Of a DNA stretch of 64,000 nt, positions 55,641 through 64,000 are shown one piece after another. The translations under genes and the position numbers were made by a program. The stretch lies in assembly GCF_009914755.1 (NCBI RefSeq), contig NC_060930.1. One strand, 5' to 3'. Source of the stretch: the human T2T-CHM13v2.0 reference genome, Homo sapiens. Every line of letters begins with the position of its first letter. The stretch's first letter is position 1. The notes below the pieces were generated by a model. The model was not told the DNA's origin. It saw nothing but the letters and a program-made list of their open reading frames with translations, and ran no database searches.

Positions 55641-55892
55641 GCGCAGTGCCCGGTACTCACCCCCCGCAAGCACCGCTCCCCGGACAGAGTTGCTTGGCCA
55701 AGTTGGCCCACGGAGTGCGGGGAGCTGCGTGGGGCCCCACTCACGCGGCCCGGGGTGGGCGAACACCAGCGGGGCTGAAAGGGCGCCCTGGACCGCGGAT
55801 GCGTAAGGAGCGGGAAGAACACAGGACTTGACTCTGGGCAGACACGTGGGCCGCTTCTCCACGCGTCGCTCCTCCGCGCGCCACTAGCAGTA

Positions 55893-55995
55893 TGCGCCGC
55901 GCCCGCCTCCGCACGCCTCTTTAACCAGCGCCCGGCGCGCTCTGCCCCCTTGCTCCGGGCTCCGACCGGGGAGGAGCCCAGGCGGGCCCCGCCCC
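55893..55995 (-). promoter_or_regulatory. Core promoter: GC box GGGGCGGGG (55995-55987), TATA-like GTTAAAG (55925-55919), putative CA+1 start near 55893
   Basis: Motifs read directly; TTAAA lies ~31 nt upstream of an Inr-like gCATACT; TSS is inferred. Confidence 0.55.
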
Positions 55996-56394
55996 TTCCC
56001 CGCACAAGCAGCCCGGCGAGCGCAGGAGTGAGCGCGAGGTGAGCGCTAGAAGAGGCTTGGCGCTCCCCGCGCTCCCAGGGTCAGCCGCCAGGGGAGGCTG
56101 CGCCGCCCGCCCAGACCTGCACGCCCTGCGGTGCCCGAGGGGTTGCGGTCTCAGGGACTCGTGTTTGTTATTAGGACTGGCGTGTTAACTAAAATGATTG
56201 TGACTGAGGTCAGGAGTTTATTGCTTTTGTTATTTTTATTGTAATTCCATTTTCATTTACTGATGTTTCTTCCAAAAAAGTCTAATGCTCAGTCTCTCCG
56301 TGTCTCTCTTCCACACACTTTCTTGTAAGCCTGAGGAAGGGGGTTAGAACGGGGCTGAAGAAGCTGTAGGGAATCAGAGGACATCAGGAACTAA

Positions 56395-56915
<521 letters not shown>

Positions 56916-57038
56916 TAAAATTCCACCCCCGCCACCTTATCTCCCTCGTTGGCTTTATGTCCTTCCTAGTACTAAATTCCCTCTGCTATATTATATAACT
57001 TTATTTATTGTTTACTCTGTATTGTGCCCTCTCCCCGC

Positions 57039-57050
57039 CACACACACACA

Positions 57051-57081
<31 letters not shown>
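57039..57081. repeat. (CA)n microsatellite within an L2 3' remnant (~56930-57197)
   Basis: CACACACACACAGACACACA... run. Confidence 0.93.
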
Positions 57082-57085
<4 letters not shown>

Positions 57086-58979
57086 ATGTCTGCTGGGGAG
57101 ATGGAGAATCTGTCTTGTGTAATGATGTATCCACAGTGCTTGTTACATACATAGCAGACACTCAATAACCATGTGTGCAATGAAGGAGTGAATGAATTTG
57201 TTAAAAACAGGTGCCCAGGATGTTTCTAACTCGCCTTGCTGCCATTCTCTGAGCTCTTGTAAACCCCAGGAAGTACTGAATCCCTTCCATGCATCATAAG
57301 CAGGCCCTATCATTCGACCCACTTTGCAGTGAGGAAAAAAGCTCAGTGGGTTAGTTTGTTCAGTCTTTCAACCAGCACCAGTCAGAAGTTGGAGGGGGAA
57401 CCTCCTTTCAGTGCTCTGTACCAGGGGCTGGCCCTGCCCTTCTCTGGCCTCTGTAGGGGCAGGTACTGGAGTGGCCAGAGTCCCTGAGCACTGTCCCCTG
57501 GCCAAGGCCTTTTCTTTCCATCGAGAAGAAGGGGAGTCATTTCTCACCTCCTACCCACCCTGTACCCAGGCTGTGGCCTGAACCCCAAGGTGTCAAGAGA
57601 CACTTTACTTGGGGAGGGGGGTATCTGTACTATCTCCAAATCTGGCTGGAATGGAGGGGTTAGGGATACAGTTGGAAGCATTGATCTGATTTTGCTGATG
57701 TTTCTGTCTCTCCTTATGGCAACATGAGCGTGTCCAGAGAAGAAGACCAGAGCAGGAAGCTGGGGAGCCCCAGATTTCCTGATACTGCATCCCTGAGGTG
57801 TGCAGTGCCAGTCCCCTCAGGACCCCCCTGGCCAAGGATCATCCTGGACAAGGCCCTGGGGGTGCTTCTCTGTAGACAACCCACTCCCAGCACCAGGCCT
57901 CTCACCCAACCCAACATATCCATCTTCTCTAAGCCTTGCTGACCTCCTGCCTACCCTGTCCCCCAGGCTGTGGCCTGAACCCTAGCTCTGCAGTCTCATT
58001 CTCCAGCCCTCCAGCTGGGATGGAAACCAAGCATGGGTTCCGGATCCCCCCTCTCTGGATGGAGTTCACCCTGTTTGTGAAGAGTTCAGGGCTGCAGTGT
58101 GAACGCTTCAGTGAGCATGGGGTGGGGGCAGTTTGAGAGGCCACAGGCCCTCTCTTTGTTTGGAAAATTCCCTACCATTCCTCTCCCACCTCCGGTCTGT
58201 GTTCTCTTCCTAAGAAAATAAAGGGCCTCTTCCTATTTCGGTCTCACAGCCTCATGAAAATGCTGAACACTTTGAGATGAATTGATTTTTATTCGAGGCC
58301 TCTGTATGTTGTAGTTTCTTTGTCCTTCCACTCTGTTTCTGCATTTCCTGTCCCCTTCTTCCTTCTTGCTCTCCATGTGGTGCTGACTGACTCCTCATCC
58401 TCTCCTTCTGTCGCCGCATCCTTTGCTTTCCTGTATTTTTCCAAAGCTCCTTCCCCAGCTCTTCATTCTCCCTCCTCCTGCCTCTCTCCTTTGTCTCCAT
58501 CCCAGTTGAATGTGCTTCCCCTCCCCCAACTTCCCCTCCCCTCCCCATCTCCCCACTCCCCTCTCCAACTCCCCTGCCCCAGCCAGATAGTTGGATCAAC
58601 TTGACCTTCTGTAGATCAGGGGCACACACCTGCTCTCTGCACAGCAGCCAGTGGGGGCTTTTATAAAATGTAAACTGTGCTGAAACTATCGAATATTTAG
58701 ACAACACGAGCCTTAAGATTGGAAAAGGGAAAAGTGGGTAAATGGGAATGAGGTGATGTGAGATATATATTTTCCTACAGGGCTGATAAATAAATCCATT
58801 CCAATAGCATACGTGTAGTTCTTAGTATTATGATTATTGATCAGGGTTGATAATAATTTCAGAGTGCAACCTTTTGGAAGGCAATCAGCTCTGAGGAATG
58901 TAAACCAACAATAAAATTCTAGGCCCCTCCCAAGCAAGCAAATGGACCCTTCCTCTTGACCAAGGGCATTCTCAAGTAA

Positions 58980-59327
<348 letters not shown>

Positions 59328-59408
59328 GACATGCCTCCTTATAACTTCCTCCCTTTGGAATTCAGGCACAGCTGACCAGCATTAATATTAAAACAGAGAC
59401 CTTAAGGC

Positions 59409-59628
59409 ACAACCTGGCCAACATGGTGAAACCCTGTCTCTACTAAAACTACAAAAATTAGCTGGGCGTAGTGGCTTATGTCTGTAATCGCAGCTACTCA
59501 GCAGGCTGAGGCATTAGAATTGCTTGAACCCGGGAGGCAGAGGTTGCAGTGAGCCGAGATGGCACCATTGCACTCCAGCCTGGATGATAGAGACTCCATC
59601 TCAATAAAAAAAAAAAACAAAAACCCAA
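59409..59628 (+). mobile_element. 5'-truncated Alu inside the MER4 LTR
   Basis: TSD AAAACAGAGACCTTAAG at 59390-59406 and 59629-59645. Confidence 0.93.
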
Positions 59629-60419
59629 AAAACAGAGACCTTAAGACTGACAGTACAGACTCTTTGTAGCAATAAGAATCATGACAGCAGGCCCTGAGAG
59701 AAATCGAAGTATTTTACCCCAAAATATATTCATTTGGCCTATTTTGAAATGCTCCTGCAGGAGCGCTCCCTGCGCTCCCGGGGTCGTCTGGCACCTTTGT
59801 AAGTTGGAAAACGAACATTTATAATCTATTCTCTCTGAAGCCTGCTACCTGAAGGCTTCACCTGCATAATAAGAACCTTGGTCTTTACAACCCCTTATCT
59901 TAACCCAGACACTTCCTCCTACGGATTTCAGGTCTTTAGATAAACTCAACCAGCTACCAATCAGAAAATCTTCGAATTCACCTATAACCTAAAATGTATA
60001 AAAACAAGCTGTACTCTGATAACGCTGGACACATGTTCTCAAGATCTCCTGGGGCTGTGTCATGGGCCATGGTCACTCATATTTGGCTCAGAATAAATCT
60101 CTTCAAATACTCTACAGAGTTTGACTCTTCATCCACAGGATGGAGTTGAGCTTCACCTTGACAGCAACAAATAATGAAACTTCTGCAGGTCTCATCTCCA
60201 GAGATTGGCTGAGCCATCAGTTGTTTTGGCCAAGGTCATGCTTCCAGGATCTCTCCATAAAAGGTTCACACCCACCTTTGTTTCTTCCTTATTTCAATTA
60301 GGTAAAGGGATTATCCTCTTGGTAAAATGAACACTTGGTAATCCAACACAAATGCTGTTTTTATTTCTGTTTTGTAACATTTTTGTTTACATTGTTTTAT
60401 ATTCTGTTTAAGAATTTTA

Positions 60420-60861
<442 letters not shown>

Positions 60862-61039
60862 TCAACTGAAAAGGTCAACAGGTTCTATTTTTATTTTTGT
60901 TCTTGTCATATTGCTTAAAAGACAGATGATATGAAATGCCTTATAAAATCACTTACATTATGAAAGATTATCAATTATTTTATAAACTTGCCCTATTTCC
61001 AATGGATCATTTGGAAACTTGGGGAAATATCTGTTAAAT

Positions 61040-61375
61040 TTTCTTTTTTTTTCTTTTTGTTTTTTGTTTTCTTTCTGTTGTTGTTTTGTTTTGTTTGAGA
61101 CACAGTCTCCCTCTGTCGCCCGGGCTGGAGTGCACTAGTGAGATTCAGCTGACTGCAACCTCTGCCTCCTGGGTTCAAGTGATTCTCGTGCCACAGCCTC
61201 CTAAGTAGCTGGGACTACAGGCATGCGCCACCACGCCTGGCTAATTTTTGTATTTTCAGTGGAGACAGGCTTTCACCATGTTGACCAGGCTGGTCTTAAT
61301 TCCTGACCTCAGGTGATCCACCCACCTAAGTCTCCTAAAGTGCTGGGATTACAGACGTGAGCCACTGTGTCCACC
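61040..61375 (-). mobile_element. Alu (AluSx/Sz-like)
   Basis: T-rich tail then reverse Alu. Confidence 0.93.
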
Positions 61376-61574
61376 GACTTGTTTTCAGAACCTCTGAAAG
61401 AAATATATCTTAAATTTTCATGTCTACAAATTCTCCATTTACTCAATTAGAAAGGTTTCTGAGTGGTAAATTTAATGTACATGATAAGGCAAGCTTCACG
61501 TTTTATACTAGGAGAAACATCACTGAACAAAATAAATCACAGAGCAGAGCAACAAGGATGTTTTTAAAAAATAG

Positions 61575-62255
<681 letters not shown>

Positions 62256-63229
62256 ATAGTGAAATGTAGAATGTGTAAATTCAATGTACGATATTTGAGG
62301 TTGCAAGAATTAGCCGGGCATTGAGGAGAGAGATGTGGCTAAGTGGCGATAATTAAGTTAGGTAAATGTTGCCCTGGCAGGGTTTCAGTCACTCTTAATA
62401 GCAAAGCTACATATCCTTTGCTCTGAAAGCCCATTATCGAGAAACGTGTCCTTGTAGCTTAAGAGCAGAGCTCAAGCACTAATTCTGAATTATTTACGTT
62501 TGAAGATTTCAGATAAGTCTCTGTTGTCATTTCAAAGACTTTTTCTTAAAAAGCGAAATGGTAATATCAGAAATTTATTGCGATTTGCCAACGTCTAAAA
62601 TTTCTATGGCCAGGAAAAATAATTTAGTAACAAAAGAGGCCCTCATTCTGAACCAATTTAGAGGTCATCCAAAGCTATTCCTTAAACTGGGTCATTTTTA
62701 GAGTGACACGGCAGGGTGCGATTTATGGTACCTACCCCTAAACCTTTCTCCCCAACAATCATTGATTCCTGAAATTCCATCATGTGAGAGCCATTTCTCG
62801 GTGTTAAACATTGCCCTCTCGCTAAGACCTCTTTTCAGACCGAGAAAGGACTATTGCATTAAGATCTAACATTTTACTTCTGTGGATCCTAGCCTTTATT
62901 TGTTTTGGTCACTACTTTGAGAATCTATGACTGTTTCCTCAGAGAAAATGCATCATGCACATACCCACCCAGACTTCTATACAAGTTCTGATGGCTCACA
63001 GGAAACCCAACACACACACCACACACACACACTCCACACCTCCACCTCATCCTCCCCTAGGTTGTTCTGGGCTGGAAGACTCTACAGGCACCTTGGGCAG
63101 GGAGGTTTGGGGTTATAGCACAGCGCTGATTGATGAGGGAGATAAAAGAGGAAAAGCCAAGTGGAAAGGGTAAGCAAATTGAAGCAACTTAAAAAATTTT
63201 GCAATAATAATAAGGTGCTTTTGCCGTGT

Positions 63230-63420
63230 TCACTATGTGCTAGATATTTAATACACACTACATAAGATAGTGCAGATAAATAAAGCATTTCATCATTTTC
63301 ATTATCTCATTTAATGGTTGCAATGACACCATGGGGGATGATCAGCCCATTTTACAGATGAGGAAACTGAGTTTCAGAGAGGTGAAGTAACTTGCTCAAG
63401 GTACCCAGGGTGACCCGTGC
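63230..63420 (-). mobile_element. MIR SINE
   Basis: CCCATTTTACAGATGAGGAAACTGAG..TCAGAGAGGTGAAGTAACTTGCTCAAGG. Confidence 0.85.
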
Positions 63421-63460
63421 CCAGAGTCCACGGCTCTCCTCACTACCTGAGCATGCTTCC

Positions 63461-63518
63461 CTCCCCTCATATATATGAGGTCACCACTCCCCTCATATAT
63501 GAGGTCACCACTCCCCTC
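63461..63518. repeat. 24/26-bp tandem repeat with palindromic core
   Basis: CTCCCCTCATATATATGAGGTCACCA CTCCCCTCATATATGAGGTCACCA CTCCCCTC. Confidence 0.9.
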
Positions 63519-63903
63519 TCCCATGGCCTCCTCCAGCTTCCCTGAAGTCTTCTGGTTTCCTTCTGTGCTGAGAATCCTCCACCTGCTGGCCCACCCTCTC
63601 CCACCCATTGTGGGGTGGCTGGGCATGCCCAGCAGCCCTTTGGGAATACCTCCCTTGTCTTTCTGTCCTGTGGTGAGCAGCTTCCTGGGTTGCTTGGGGT
63701 AGCTCTTTTGGAGATTGCAACCTCTCCCTGCTGGTCTCTTCCAGCTCAGTTCCTTTGCTGGTCACCCTTAATAAAGACAGGATCTTTGAGGATAAGAAGA
63801 AATGGTCAGTGGGGACAATTGCACTTGGCATGTAGGGATGACAATGCCATGCTGACCCTGCCAATGTCTTTGGGCAACCATTTACAATGCCTCATATTCA
63901 TAC

Positions 63904-64000
63904 TTTTTTTTTTTTTAATGTGATAGAGTCTTGCTCTGTTGCCCAGGCTGGAGTGCAGTGGTGCGATCTCAGCTCACTGCAACCTCTGCCTCCCAGGTTC
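63904..64000 (-). mobile_element. Alu (cut by window end)
   Basis: T-tail, GTCTTGCTCTGTTGCCCAGGCTGGAGTGCAGTGG. Confidence 0.93.

Larger units (their letters stand above)
54640..56160. promoter_or_regulatory. CpG island / promoter of KCNK5
   Basis: High GC and dense CpG spanning exon 1 and flanks; boundaries estimated by eye. Confidence 0.85.

Overview
This window is human-type (primate, Alu-rich) genomic DNA containing the complete five-exon KCNK5 gene (TASK-2, two-pore-domain K+ channel) on the minus strand. The CDS exons are 55531-55346, 22409-22298, 21182-21016, 20759-20591 and 18193-17328. They sum to 1500 nt (499 aa plus stop) with canonical GT-AG introns, including a ~33-kb first intron. 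A CpG-island promoter lies at ~54.6-56.2 kb, and a ~1.9-kb 3'UTR ends just past AATAAA at 15433-15428. The rest is intergenic or intronic DNA dominated by repeats: about 24 Alus, HAL1/L1, L2, MIR, a readable CR1/L3 reverse-transcriptase fossil, MaLR/ERVL/ERV1 LTRs, and Tigger/hAT DNA transposons. I found no credible new multi-gene system. The best leads are regulatory or structural: a uORF overlapping an NRF1-like site, a strong unused-looking 5' splice donor in the 5'UTR, inverted Alus bracketing exons 2-4 (circRNA), a tandem repeat forming DR2 nuclear-receptor half-sites, a 3'UTR hairpin, and several template-switch/duplication scars. Repeat family names are from memory of consensus sequences and need Dfam confirmation.
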